63,656 bases of DNA from a virus (taxonomy: Duplodnaviria; Caudoviricetes): the IMG/VR virus record IMGVR_UViG_3300017771_003653, positions 1-63,656 of that record; one strand, written 5' to 3'. The translations under genes and the position numbers were made by a program. Under the pieces are notes generated by a model. The model worked only from the letters and a program-made list of their open reading frames with translations. It was not told where the DNA came from and made no database searches. Below, in pieces: positions 1 through 9,320 of the stretch (position 1 is the stretch's first letter; every line of letters begins with the position of its first letter).

Positions 1-243
1 AAATCTTCCTTTTCCTTCCTCAGATAATGTCTGGTTGTAGTAGTTATTTGCTACTGTTAACATTTTATCAATGTTTGCGATAGTTTTCTTTTCTTTAGCT
101 CCTGCACCGATTTGTCCAAATTTTGGTGCGGCTGTTGTAGCAAGTGTTGCCATCATTGCTGTAGTAACTGCGAATTCAGCAAGAGAGTTTCCTTTCGTGC
201 TTTTCATCTTTTTTAAGATCTTTTTTATTATTTTAACGAACAT
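1..243 (-). CDS. Type IV pilin / pseudopilin-like protein (3' end outside window)
   Basis: Not in ORF track. Manual translation MFVKIIKKILKKMKSTKG|NSLAEFAVTTAMMATLATTAAPKF...: basic leader, Gly-1, Glu+5, hydrophobic helix, Pro+22; AGGAG RBS upstream. Confidence 0.75.
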   Translation of the reverse strand, partial: MFVKIIKKILKKMKSTKGNSLAEFAVTTAMMATLATTAAPKFGQIGAGAKEKKTIANIDKMLTVANNYYNQTLSEEGKGRF

Positions 244-298
244 TTTAATGCTCCTTTTGTGTTTTTACTGGTTATTGTAGTGTTCCTATAGTATATAG

Positions 299-315
299 AG
301 AAAAAACCGTGCCAA
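299..315 (-). promoter_or_regulatory. Possible sigma-54 (-24/-12) promoter for pilin-like gene
   Basis: TTGGCACGGTTTTTTCT versus consensus YTGGCACGRNNNTTGCW; one mismatch, at the conserved -12 G. Confidence 0.35.
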
Positions 316-425
316 ACCCTAGCACTTTTGGAAACTATTTTTAATTATTTTTGCATTTCTTTGTAAGTGTGATTATTGTTGAAGATAAAATAAAACTTTT
401 TTTTGATAATTTTGCTCTTTATAAC

Positions 426-450
426 AAAAAAGGCCTCTGAAAAGAGGCCT
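426..450 (-). terminator. Rho-independent terminator
   Basis: Perfect 8-bp stem AGGCCTCT/AGAGGCCT, 4-nt loop, followed by a T-run on the minus strand. Confidence 0.8.
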
Positions 451-499
451 GTTTAATTTTGTTACACTTAAAATGTAACAGCTATAACATTATGTTACG

Positions 500-763
500 C
501 TAGAATTTTAAGTCATCATCCATGATTTCGCCATCTTCTTTCCACCATCTTCTGTTAGGATCTGATGATGCAGGACGTGTAAATGCTTCTTGATTCAGGT
601 TGTATTCTTTCTCTGACTTGACAACCCATAGATTATCAAAAGTATTTTCATCAAGCTGCTTTACACCCATAAAATAAGCTTTTGCAGACTTAATTCCATA
701 ACCACTGTGTAATTCTGCTTTTGTGTTTACATTGCCTTGATTATCTACCAAAACCCATTTCAT
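500..763 (-). CDS. Hypothetical protein
   Basis: 87 aa ORF tightly packed in the operon. Confidence 0.6.
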   Translation of the reverse strand: MKWVLVDNQGNVNTKAELHSGYGIKSAKAYFMGVKQLDENTFDNLWVVKSEKEYNLNQEAFTRPASSDPNRRWWKEDGEIMDDDLKF

Positions 764-766
764 TTG

Positions 767-1471
767 TTATACCTCACTAAGTTTAAAGTTTTTATTTTGC
801 TCAATAACATCTGTGTCTTTTCCTAACACATAATATCCTCTTCCGCCTCTTCTTGCCTTCTGCATACAGGGATAAGTATATTTGCTATGAGGATTATTTG
901 TAAACACTTTAACTTTGTCTTCAGGGTGAATTAGATTGTCTGATACTGCCTTGCTTATCATTTCAGGATTGCATACTACATTATTATAAGCATCATATCC
1001 AAATGCAATATCACCAATATCACAGTCGTCAACACAGACAACACCTGATTTAATTATGTTGAGCTCATCATGTAATGGCCAATAATCTTGCCAGTGTGCA
1101 TCCAAAAATATAAATGGAAATTTGTAATCTCCTGCATATTGAGCAAGAAACTTTTCACTACTCTGCAAAAATACATTTACGTTATCATATTTTTCTAATC
1201 TTATGTTTGCTACATCAACATACCTCTGTTCTATTTCGCATGTTAGCACGGGAAGGCTTGGAAACATTTTTGCTAAGAACTCAGTTGTGTCACCTGAATT
1301 TGTTCCTGTTTCTAGAATCGCATCACAGTTATAATGATGTATCAAATAGCATGCTTCTAATGCATGGTGTATGTCAAATCCAAATGCACCGCCTCCATCA
1401 CTCATATCCATTCCAAGTCTTGGTGTTGTATAGAAGTTTTTAAATATTTCTAAATTAAGATCGATCTTCAC
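767..1471 (-). CDS. Class I SAM-dependent methyltransferase
   Basis: ILETGTNSG motif I, acidic CEIE motif II, FIFLDAH. Confidence 0.75.
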   Translation of the reverse strand: MKIDLNLEIFKNFYTTPRLGMDMSDGGGAFGFDIHHALEACYLIHHYNCDAILETGTNSGDTTEFLAKMFPSLPVLTCEIEQRYVDVANIRLEKYDNVNVFLQSSEKFLAQYAGDYKFPFIFLDAHWQDYWPLHDELNIIKSGVVCVDDCDIGDIAFGYDAYNNVVCNPEMISKAVSDNLIHPEDKVKVFTNNPHSKYTYPCMQKARRGGRGYYVLGKDTDVIEQNKNFKLSEV

Positions 1472-2000
1472 TCATAGCCTCCTCTGTTTTAAATGCAACA
1501 GTATATCTGAATGCATTAGTTCTTATGTTTGGCAAGGCTCTATGATTGAACTTTGCATTAAATTTTATAATTCTGTTAAATACTGGGTACGACACCACCG
1601 ATGTCATATCAAGGGTTTGAAATTCAGTCCCACCACCATCATCGTAGGACCATTCTGGGTTAATATAGATAAGATAAGTTAACGATCCGTCATCTTCGTG
1701 AAAGTCACCATGTTGTCCAAAAGTCTGATAATTTACATATGCTCTTACTATTTTTGATGGGAAGTGTGATCCTATATGTTCTACATCTTTATTGTATTTC
1801 TTTCCTTCAAGCAAGTCTAAGAACCAGAACTGGTTTAGTCCTGTTCCATCGGGTTCTGCAGAAACACCTCTAAATTCAAATTTATCGCTTTTAATTTTAT
1901 TATAAAGTTTTAAGAGCCAGTCAGGATCAAAGAAGCTGTCAATATACTCGACACCATCTATTATGTTTTTCCATCCTCTTTCTGTATCAGGATTCGTCAT
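1455..2000 (-). CDS. 2OG-Fe(II) oxygenase (prolyl-hydroxylase-like)
   Basis: HxD (FHED), GGGTEF, distal H (NHRAL) and R (FRYT). Confidence 0.8.
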   Translation of the reverse strand: MTNPDTERGWKNIIDGVEYIDSFFDPDWLLKLYNKIKSDKFEFRGVSAEPDGTGLNQFWFLDLLEGKKYNKDVEHIGSHFPSKIVRAYVNYQTFGQHGDFHEDDGSLTYLIYINPEWSYDDGGGTEFQTLDMTSVVSYPVFNRIIKFNAKFNHRALPNIRTNAFRYTVAFKTEEAMSEDRS

Positions 2001-2003
2001 GTT

Positions 2004-2531
2004 CTAATCCATTAAAAATATTGACATTGAATCAATAACTGTTCCGTTTATTGACCACCACAACCACATTGATCGACTAACCATTGATTTAACTGGCGCA
2101 AGTACATTACCAAACTCACCTTCTGAATCTGCAAGTGATACTTGATTTGTGACAGGTGCCATTGTGTGAAAATTGTATGTCATTGGAGATGTTGTGCCAT
2201 CTGAATCATACCAAGTTCCGTTTACACACGTTCTACAGTCTAACTTAAAATATCCTGCTGTATCATCTACAACCCAAAACATATCAGACTGCCATTCAAT
2301 TCTCATGTTCTCTACATCAATATTTTCTGATTCTAGAAGACCGTACATTGTCACTATTGTCTGCCATGTATAATCATTTAGTTCTATTCTTGGAATTGAG
2401 GGCATTATAACTGTTACATTTCCTGTCACATGTTCATGTGACGTCATCCCGGTTCCTACTGGTGATTCACATGCTATGACAAGTAATAATAGTGTGCTAA
2501 CGACGAGGTTTTTTAGGGTGTTGTGTACCAT
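2004..2531 (-). CDS. Putative lipoprotein
   Basis: Hydrophobic signal LVVSTLLLLVIA followed by Cys (lipobox-like). Confidence 0.55.
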   Translation of the reverse strand: MVHNTLKNLVVSTLLLLVIACESPVGTGMTSHEHVTGNVTVIMPSIPRIELNDYTWQTIVTMYGLLESENIDVENMRIEWQSDMFWVVDDTAGYFKLDCRTCVNGTWYDSDGTTSPMTYNFHTMAPVTNQVSLADSEGEFGNVLAPVKSMVSRSMWLWWSINGTVIDSMSIFLMD

Positions 2532-2664
2532 TCTTTTTGGTCTCCTTCATTTTCTTTGCTTGAGTATGATCTAGTTTTTTCTTCTTATTCTTGAAAGATT
2601 GTTTGTATTCTCTCTCTTCAAGATCTTCGAATTCTTCTATATATTTTTCCCAATGCTGTGCCAT
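2497..2664 (-). CDS. Small charged hypothetical protein (55 aa)
   Basis: Below ORF-track cutoff; MAQHWEKYIEEFEDLEE...KKPRR; GGAG RBS upstream. Confidence 0.5.
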   Translation of the reverse strand: MAQHWEKYIEEFEDLEEREYKQSFKNKKKKLDHTQAKKMKETKKNGTQHPKKPRR

Positions 2665-2673
2665 CGTTTACTC

Positions 2674-2916
2674 CTAATTGAATAAAACTTTTAGTTTGTC
2701 TAAGTGATCAAAAAACTCTGTTAATGTGTATTTTGTTCCCATATCTGTAACTATTGTAACATCTTTTAAGTTGATCGGTGAACGTTCGATAATGCGCTCC
2801 AGAGTTTGCATTCCTCTCTCAGCGTAAAATGTACCGAAGCTTTCTCTTCCTAAAATGTTTACATCAAATATGTCCTTTGGATCATCATCAGGGAGTAATA
2901 TATAGAATTCTGCCAT
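2674..2916 (-). CDS. Hypothetical protein
   Basis: 80 aa ORF directly downstream of a repeated promoter motif. Confidence 0.6.
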   Translation of the reverse strand: MAEFYILLPDDDPKDIFDVNILGRESFGTFYAERGMQTLERIIERSPINLKDVTIVTDMGTKYTLTEFFDHLDKLKVLFN

Positions 2917-2921
2917 GTTAG

Positions 2922-2961
2922 AATCTAATACTCTTTTCCTATTAAAGTAAAGGACTTTTTT
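2922..2961 (-). promoter_or_regulatory. Putative early sigma-70-type promoter (class A, copy 1 of 4)
   Basis: AAAAAAGTCC-TTTACT-N18-TAGATT; same motif upstream of genes starting at 25173, 31691 and 35327. Confidence 0.65.
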
Positions 2962-3085
2962 ATTTTATTTTTATACATCTCATGAATCGTCTAAGTACAC
3001 GTTTGACAATATGTGGATTGCCGCTGTTCCTGTTTACTAATATTAGCGTTTGTGCTCTGACAACGGACTCTTGTAACTCACTCAA
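2960..3085 (-). CDS. Small hypothetical protein (41 aa, TTG start)
   Basis: Fills the gap between the nuclease gene and the promoter; MSELQESVVRAQTLILVNRN... Confidence 0.3.
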   Translation of the reverse strand: MSELQESVVRAQTLILVNRNSGNPHIVKRVLRRFMRCIKIK

Positions 3086-3088
3086 TTC

Positions 3089-3595
3089 CTATTCCTTTGT
3101 TGCTTGTTCCTCCGCAGGCTTATCAACAAGGTCTTCTTTTTTAGCTGCTTTTTCTTTTGCAATCTCTTTTTCAAAGTCTTTCTTTTTTCCACCGTGATAA
3201 TCGTAAGCATGACCTTCCGCTATTAATATGTCATTTATGCTTACTAATCCGTCTTTATTTCTATCAACACTCTCATCGATAACTGCATTTTCTCCAACAG
3301 CGTCAGGACTAACAAATATCTCTCCAAGAACACGACCAAATTTGCCTGTTCCATAAGATACTATTTTGAAAGTTCCTGCCTCTAGAAGCTCTTTGTTTCT
3401 AGCTTTTGCTGCAAGGCCTTTTTTCTTTTCTTCTAAGTCTCTAGTCCGTGATTCCCAGGTATCGATACCCATGTAACGAACTCTTTTCTTTATCTTGAGA
3501 TCGAAACCTAAATCAATGTAACAATCGATTGTGTCTCCATCTAAAACTTTTATTAACTGTGCGTTATATTCAAACGACGCGGGTTTTTGTGGCAT
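3089..3595 (-). CDS. Thermonuclease (SNase-family) nuclease
   Basis: KVLDGDTI, RVRYMGIDTWES, GKFGRVLG motifs. Confidence 0.85.
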   Translation of the reverse strand: MPQKPASFEYNAQLIKVLDGDTIDCYIDLGFDLKIKKRVRYMGIDTWESRTRDLEEKKKGLAAKARNKELLEAGTFKIVSYGTGKFGRVLGEIFVSPDAVGENAVIDESVDRNKDGLVSINDILIAEGHAYDYHGGKKKDFEKEIAKEKAAKKEDLVDKPAEEQATKE

Positions 3596-3624
3596 AACTA
3601 TTCTCCGTATTAACCATTCAATAT

Positions 3625-3632
3625 ATAAATAT
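3625..3632 (-). promoter_or_regulatory. Putative late promoter (class C, ATATTTAT)
   Basis: Same octamer upstream of sheath, tube and two other genes. Confidence 0.4.
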
Positions 3633-4352
3633 CTAAATCCTGTGTTTGAATGTCATATAATGATTCCAGTCCTGTATATTTTCATCTGGCAAGAGCCTTT
3701 CACTATCTAATTTTGGATAGAACGGTGTTCTTAATATTGATCCAGTGAGTGATGTTGCTTCTAACTTGTGAACATACATAAAGTATAAGAAGTTATCGAA
3801 GTCAAACAATCCTCTGTAGATAAACTGATGATTCATTCTCCAGTTAGGATTGCTTACAAATATTACAGAATCTTTATCTGTTAAATTATAAACTGTCTGC
3901 ATGATTATTGTAGGATTCTGAACATGCTCTAAAAAGTCATTCATTATTATAAGATCATATTTTTCTTCAAGTCCATCTGTATCAAATGAATTTGCTAGAT
4001 CTTTTACTATAAACTTACCTTTAAAGTTATGCTTGTCAAAATATTCTTTTGCAAAAGGCTTGTCAATGAGTGTAAATTCTAATTCAGGATTTAGTTTTAA
4101 CACCTCTTGTGATAAGACACCAGGGCCACTTCCAATCTCTAATACTTTTTTTATATTACTATTTTGTGATACTACCGAACTTACTAGTTGTGCTTCATAC
4201 TCGTATCTATTTCCCCATCCTGGCTCTTTCAGCCTGTCAGCTGATGCATCTTTCCACTCATCATGCATGTTAGTATCAAAGTCATCAAATGTAAAGTCCC
4301 TCTCAAATCTCTGAACTTCAGGATTTAGTCTAAAAAGATCTTCCATTACCAA
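3633..4352 (-). CDS. Class I SAM-dependent methyltransferase
   Basis: VLEIGSGPG, YDLII..FLEHVQNP motifs. Confidence 0.8.
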   Translation of the reverse strand: MVMEDLFRLNPEVQRFERDFTFDDFDTNMHDEWKDASADRLKEPGWGNRYEYEAQLVSSVVSQNSNIKKVLEIGSGPGVLSQEVLKLNPELEFTLIDKPFAKEYFDKHNFKGKFIVKDLANSFDTDGLEEKYDLIIMNDFLEHVQNPTIIMQTVYNLTDKDSVIFVSNPNWRMNHQFIYRGLFDFDNFLYFMYVHKLEATSLTGSILRTPFYPKLDSERLLPDENIQDWNHYMTFKHRI

Positions 4353-5296
4353 ATAAAATTCTGTTTATAAAATTGTACAATTCCCATTATCTCTTTATCA
4401 AACTCCCTCTCAGGTTTCCAGCCAAGCGATCTTAGCTTTGAATCATCAACTGCATATCTCACATCTTGACCCGGTCGTGTGTATTTAAAGTCTACATATT
4501 CATCAGGCTTGACATCTGCTTCCCAGTAGCACTGAATAATTGATGTTATTGTTTTCATATTTTCCTGTTCAAAGCCGCCACAAATATTGTAAATCTGATT
4601 AATTGCTTTGTCACCTGATTCAATTATTGTTGTTATTGCATTTGCAGTATCAGCAGCATGAAGCCAGTTTCTTACAGGTTTTCCTTGTTCGTGTATTGGT
4701 ATTTTTCTTCCCATTGAAAGATACTTACATGTTTTTGGTATTAGCTTTTCAGGATACTGCCATTTTCCGTAATTATTTGTTGGACGAACAATAACATAAG
4801 GTAAACCATAGGTTCTTCCCCAAGCAGTCACCAACTGATCAGCAGCAGCCTTCGTTGCTGAGTATGGATTACTCGGCTTAAGCATGTCATCTTCTTTGTG
4901 CATGCCATCTATAATATCACCATAAACCTCATCTGTGCTGAAATGTAAAAGTGTTGGCATTCTATAGTTTTCTTTTGTTCTGATTAGCTTTAGTAAATTG
5001 TGAACACCACCAACATTTGATTCTACAAACTTATTGGCATCAACTATTGAATTATCAACATGTGTTTCAGCCGCTGTATTAATTACATAATCACAATCAT
5101 ACAACCAGTCTAGTTCGTTGATGTCTTTTTTCTCAAATACAAAGTTCTTATATTCTGAAAACTCGTTTAGTATTTCTGGATGTCCTGCATAAGTGATATT
5201 GTCTACACCTCTTACTTGCCATCCTAGCTCTAAACATGCTTTTGTTACGTGGGAGCCTATAAATCCTAGACATCCTGTTACGTATACTACTTTCAC
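4346..5296 (-). CDS. rfbB: dTDP-glucose 4,6-dehydratase
   Basis: TGCLGFIG, AAETHVDNS, STDEVYG, PYSATKA, NNYG.WQYPEKLIP, RPGQD.RY. Confidence 0.85.
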   Translation of the reverse strand: MKVVYVTGCLGFIGSHVTKACLELGWQVRGVDNITYAGHPEILNEFSEYKNFVFEKKDINELDWLYDCDYVINTAAETHVDNSIVDANKFVESNVGGVHNLLKLIRTKENYRMPTLLHFSTDEVYGDIIDGMHKEDDMLKPSNPYSATKAAADQLVTAWGRTYGLPYVIVRPTNNYGKWQYPEKLIPKTCKYLSMGRKIPIHEQGKPVRNWLHAADTANAITTIIESGDKAINQIYNICGGFEQENMKTITSIIQCYWEADVKPDEYVDFKYTRPGQDVRYAVDDSKLRSLGWKPEREFDKEIMGIVQFYKQNFIW

Positions 5297-6675
5297 TCCA
5301 TTATCTCCTTTGCAACTTTTTCTATATAGTCATAATGTTCAGGCAAAGCACCTGGCCACACGCCTAAGAAGAAAGTATCGTTTGTAACTTTAGTTGCAAC
5401 TGGAAATGCCTTTTGGACATCTTTGTATTTCTTTCTTAATTCGGCATATGCCGGGTGTAGTAATGCGTTACCTGTAAAATAGCTTCTAGTCTGTATCTTT
5501 GCTTCTTCTAACTTTGCGATCATCTGTGCTTTGTTTACAGGCGAGCTATCTTTAACAGTTATTAAATAACCAAACCAAGACGGGTCTGCTCCTTGCATAG
5601 TTGTTGGTAACATTAAATGTTCTCTATACTTTCCCCATATTTCTGTCTGTCTAAAATAATTAAGCTTTCTTTTTGCATGCATTTCTGGTAACTTCTTAAC
5701 CTGTTCTAAACCCATTGCTGCTTGCATATCAAGTGGCTTTAAGTTGTAGCCCACTTCATCAAACACATAACGATGATCAAAAGTTGCTTGTGATCCTGCA
5801 TCTTTAAACCATTCAGAAAACCTATTTCCGCAAGCAGTTCCTTCAGTAACATTTCCTGGTTTTTGTGTATTGCAGTAACACGCTCTTCCCCAGTCTCTTG
5901 TTGCTGCAAGTGCAATCCTAACTTGATTATCATCTGTTGCAATAAAGCCGCCTTCTCCCATTGACATGTGATGTGCTGGAAAGAAAGAGCACGTTGACAT
6001 TAAGCCAAAACTACCTAGTGGTTTTCCTTTCCAAGTAGATCCTAATGCATCACATGCGTCTTCTAAGAATATTAGATCGTATTTCTTAACAATATCCATA
6101 AGTCTATCCATGTCTGGTGGATTACCGAGAACATGTGCAAATGTGATACCTTTAATTTTAGGATTCTTTTTCTTTCTATCTTTTTCCAAAAGTTTTTCTA
6201 CTTGATCTAAGTTAGGATGAAGATTGGGTAACTCTACATCAACAAAGACAGGCTCAAATCCATTTTGCAACATTGGATTTATTGTTGTAGGAAAACAAAC
6301 AACTGGTGTGATAAACTGATCGCCTCGTTTTAAGTTATATCTACTTTTTAGCCTATTTGATTTTAACACACTCATCATTAATAGATTTGCAGAACTTCCA
6401 GAATTAGTAAGCGATCCGTATTTTTTTCCTAAATGTGGAGCAAACTCTAATTCGAATTCTCTTGCTCTTTCTCCGTATATCAACCATTCATCCATTAGCC
6501 TTCCGACTCCTGCTGAATACTCTTCACCATCAAAGTAAGGCCCTGAATATTGAACCCAGTCTTTTCCTGGTTCCCATGTTTTCATTGCATGCTTTTGATT
6601 TATGTAGCTACGAGTATTTCTTATTATTGATTGCTTCTTTCTTTCAAGTAAATACTCTTTTAATTTAGTTATCAT
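5293..6675 (-). CDS. rfbH: DegT-family CDP-4-keto-6-deoxyglucose 3-dehydrase (E1/RfbH-like)
   Basis: NSGSSANL, EDACDALG, SFFPAHHM.MGEGG (His in place of the PLP Lys), RDWGRACYC...CGNRF Fe-S cysteines. Confidence 0.8.
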   Translation of the reverse strand: MITKLKEYLLERKKQSIIRNTRSYINQKHAMKTWEPGKDWVQYSGPYFDGEEYSAGVGRLMDEWLIYGERAREFELEFAPHLGKKYGSLTNSGSSANLLMMSVLKSNRLKSRYNLKRGDQFITPVVCFPTTINPMLQNGFEPVFVDVELPNLHPNLDQVEKLLEKDRKKKNPKIKGITFAHVLGNPPDMDRLMDIVKKYDLIFLEDACDALGSTWKGKPLGSFGLMSTCSFFPAHHMSMGEGGFIATDDNQVRIALAATRDWGRACYCNTQKPGNVTEGTACGNRFSEWFKDAGSQATFDHRYVFDEVGYNLKPLDMQAAMGLEQVKKLPEMHAKRKLNYFRQTEIWGKYREHLMLPTTMQGADPSWFGYLITVKDSSPVNKAQMIAKLEEAKIQTRSYFTGNALLHPAYAELRKKYKDVQKAFPVATKVTNDTFFLGVWPGALPEHYDYIEKVAKEIME

Positions 6676-7649
6676 GCGAATTCTCCATAATATCCTACCC
6701 AGTATTCTATCATTTCATCTAACATTGACTCAAATGTGTATTCTAATTCTAAGCCAAGAACTTTTTTAGCCTTTGATGGGTCACCTTTTAAATGCTCTAA
6801 TTCATCAGGCCTCCAAAACCTTTCATCTACATCAACATACTGTTTCGGATCTAAGTCTAATGAATTAAACACATAGTCTACCAAACCGCCAACTGAATTA
6901 GAAACACCTGTTGCACAGACAAAATCATCTGGTTCATCTTGCTGCAATATCATGTGCATTGCTCTTACATAATCTTTTGCATGACCCCAGTCTCTTGTTG
7001 CATTTAAATTACCAAGTAACAATTTATCAGAAAGGCCGTAGTTAATTAATACTGCTTCTTTTACTACTTTATTTGTAACAAAATTTGTTCCTCTTCTTGG
7101 TGACTCGTGATTAAACAAAATACCATTTGCAGCAAACAAATCATATCCAGCTCTATAGTTCTTCATTAAATTATATGCAAAAACCTTTGCACACCCATAA
7201 GGACTTGCAGGATGCATTGGTGTAGTTTCTCTCTGAAAACCATCTTCATCCATAGAATTACCAAACATTTCTGATGAGGATGCTTGATATATTTTTGCAC
7301 CTGGACATACTAGCCTTACAGATTCTAGTAAATTAAGAACACCCATTCCTACAACATTACCTGTGTAGATTGGCTGATCAAATGATATTCTTACATGTGA
7401 CTGTGCTGCTAAATTGTAAATCTCATCTGGCATAACTTTCTGCAACACACTTATAAGTGATGCCATGTCTGTCATGTCTGCATATTCTAAATTTATTTTA
7501 TCAAAGATATGCTCTATTCTTGCAGTTTGATTTTCTGCTACAGAGTTTCTCTTTAATATTCCGTGTACTTCATATCCTTTTTCTAGCAATAGCTCTGCAA
7601 GGTATGATCCGTCTTGACCGTTAATCCCAGTAATTAGTGCTTTTTTCAT
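6672..7649 (-). CDS. gmd: GDP-mannose 4,6-dehydratase
   Basis: ITGINGQDGSYL, YNLAAQSHV, QASSSE, GILFNHESPRRG, RDWGHA. Confidence 0.92.
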   Translation of the reverse strand: MKKALITGINGQDGSYLAELLLEKGYEVHGILKRNSVAENQTARIEHIFDKINLEYADMTDMASLISVLQKVMPDEIYNLAAQSHVRISFDQPIYTGNVVGMGVLNLLESVRLVCPGAKIYQASSSEMFGNSMDEDGFQRETTPMHPASPYGCAKVFAYNLMKNYRAGYDLFAANGILFNHESPRRGTNFVTNKVVKEAVLINYGLSDKLLLGNLNATRDWGHAKDYVRAMHMILQQDEPDDFVCATGVSNSVGGLVDYVFNSLDLDPKQYVDVDERFWRPDELEHLKGDPSKAKKVLGLELEYTFESMLDEMIEYWVGYYGEFA

Positions 7650-7783
7650 TTACTCCAACCTCTCTTAAATGGGCTTTTTAAAAAATGTTTAAATCCCTTA
7701 ACAACTTTTGTAAAGAATATATCTTCTTCACCTCTAAAGTTTCCAGCAATATTTGTTGATCTTCTTCTATATTTCTTTGGCAT
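7646..7783 (-). CDS. Small basic hypothetical protein (45 aa)
   Basis: Below ORF-track cutoff; stop overlaps gmd start (ATGA). Confidence 0.4.
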   Translation of the reverse strand: MPKKYRRRSTNIAGNFRGEEDIFFTKVVKGFKHFLKSPFKRGWSK

Positions 7784-7792
7784 TTTGTTTTC

Positions 7793-8275
7793 CTATCTTG
7801 ATAAATTAACGTAACTTGGCAATCCATTATACATGAAGTCGCTAAATTGGTCTTTCATTTCTTTGGCATCTTTTGGCCTAAATTTCTCTATGTTTTTAAA
7901 AGAGTTTAGGTGTGTTCTATCATCTATTCCCCAGTGTGAAAAGCCTAACCCACCATAATCTTTGTCCCTACCAGATCCGACTAATTTAACAGGTATTAGC
8001 TCATGATCTAAAAAGTTTCTTAATAATTCAAAAGGTCTAAAAATTACAAACGGTGTTATTGAATAACATACAGCTATCTTTCCATCTAATGCTAATCCTG
8101 TTGCCATTCCTACCATTAATTGTTCTGCTGCTAGTGGATTAATAACTCTGTCTGGATAGTCAATCCTGTGTTGATTGAAATGTCCGTAACCTAAATCTCC
8201 TAGTATCAATATTACATCATCATTCTCAGCCATCTCATCATACATCAATGAACTGAATTCTTTTCTAACACTCAT
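7793..8275 (-). CDS. Transketolase-like, pyrimidine-binding subunit
   Basis: GDLGYG, AAEQLMVGMATGLA, RPFE..RN, GFSHW. Confidence 0.8.
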   Translation of the reverse strand: MSVRKEFSSLMYDEMAENDDVILILGDLGYGHFNQHRIDYPDRVINPLAAEQLMVGMATGLALDGKIAVCYSITPFVIFRPFELLRNFLDHELIPVKLVGSGRDKDYGGLGFSHWGIDDRTHLNSFKNIEKFRPKDAKEMKDQFSDFMYNGLPSYVNLSR

Positions 8276-8922
8276 AATGACGCCTCCTGTATATCTAGAC
8301 TATGTAATCCTTCTTTGTAGTCTTCTTTACTCATAATATGATAATGTGCATTTATGCCTTTTAAGAATGAGAAGTGATTAACATACGTGTAGTGTATTAT
8401 TATGTCAGGTAAAAATGCTTTAAGTCGCTTTTCTAAATAAGGAACATCAACAGCATCATAAGCTGCAAGTCCATTCATATTGACATGAACTTTTATATTT
8501 CTGATATTGTGCTCGTAAATAAATCTTAAGCTTTCCCATACAGTTCCTTCTGCTGCTTCACCATCGCTTATAAGCACATGAACTGTTCTACTAGTATCAG
8601 CAAGTGCCCTTCCAACAGCAACTGTAATTCCTAATCCTAAACTTCCTGATGAGCAGTAAATTTTATTTTTTTCATCTAGATGAGGATGTCCTCCGTGCTT
8701 ATTAACTAATTCTTGTGCATCAATTCCGTAGTGCTTTTCTATAACAGCATAAAGTGCATAACCTAGATGTCCGCATGATAAGATAAAAATATCATCTTTG
8801 TCCATACTTGTGTGTATGTCATCTATTATTTCTAATCCAGAAAAACAACTTCCTACATGTTCTTCATTGTTTCTATAGTGTAGCTCTAAAAGACGCTTCT
8901 TTAATGTAACTGAGTTTGACAA
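8272..8922 (-). CDS. Transketolase-like, TPP-binding N-terminal subunit
   Basis: HVGSCFS, SCGH, SSGSLGLG, SDGEAAEGTVWE...N TPP motif. Confidence 0.8.
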   Translation of the reverse strand: MSNSVTLKKRLLELHYRNNEEHVGSCFSGLEIIDDIHTSMDKDDIFILSCGHLGYALYAVIEKHYGIDAQELVNKHGGHPHLDEKNKIYCSSGSLGLGITVAVGRALADTSRTVHVLISDGEAAEGTVWESLRFIYEHNIRNIKVHVNMNGLAAYDAVDVPYLEKRLKAFLPDIIIHYTYVNHFSFLKGINAHYHIMSKEDYKEGLHSLDIQEASL

Positions 8923-8942
8923 TTTAAAAACCTTTATTTTGT

Positions 8943-8977
8943 TTATATATATCTTTTAAAAATGCGTTATTTAAATT
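8943..8977 (-). promoter_or_regulatory. Putative middle promoter (class B)
   Basis: AATTTAA...ATATATATAA with the same spacing as copies at 44880, 49236 and 63327. Confidence 0.5.
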
Positions 8978-8978
8978 T

Positions 8979-9320
8979 TTATTCGTCTTCAAAACCTTTA
9001 TATAATTTTGGATTCTCTGCAACAGGGTTAAACTTTCCATTGCACATATTAGTAATAATTTTATCGATAGACTTTACTAGCATTGGCCTCTTCTGTTTAA
9101 AAGTAATATCTGCTTTATCTTTTAATTGTTTCATTTTATTACCATCTGTTTCCAATGTCATTGCATCTTCCAGATACCAAAGTCTTATATGTGTTATTAC
9201 TAATTTATCTATTAGTTCTGAAAAAGTATCGCTGTGTATGTTGTCATATTCAGGAAATTTTGTCTGATCTAAAACTTCTTTTACTTTTTCTTGTATGTAT
9301 TTATCTATTCCTGTTCCCAT
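8979..9320 (-). CDS. DUF4254-like protein
   Basis: SELIDKL.I..IRLWYLED helical motif typical of glycan clusters. Confidence 0.5.
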   Translation of the reverse strand: MGTGIDKYIQEKVKEVLDQTKFPEYDNIHSDTFSELIDKLVITHIRLWYLEDAMTLETDGNKMKQLKDKADITFKQKRPMLVKSIDKIITNMCNGKFNPVAENPKLYKGFEDE

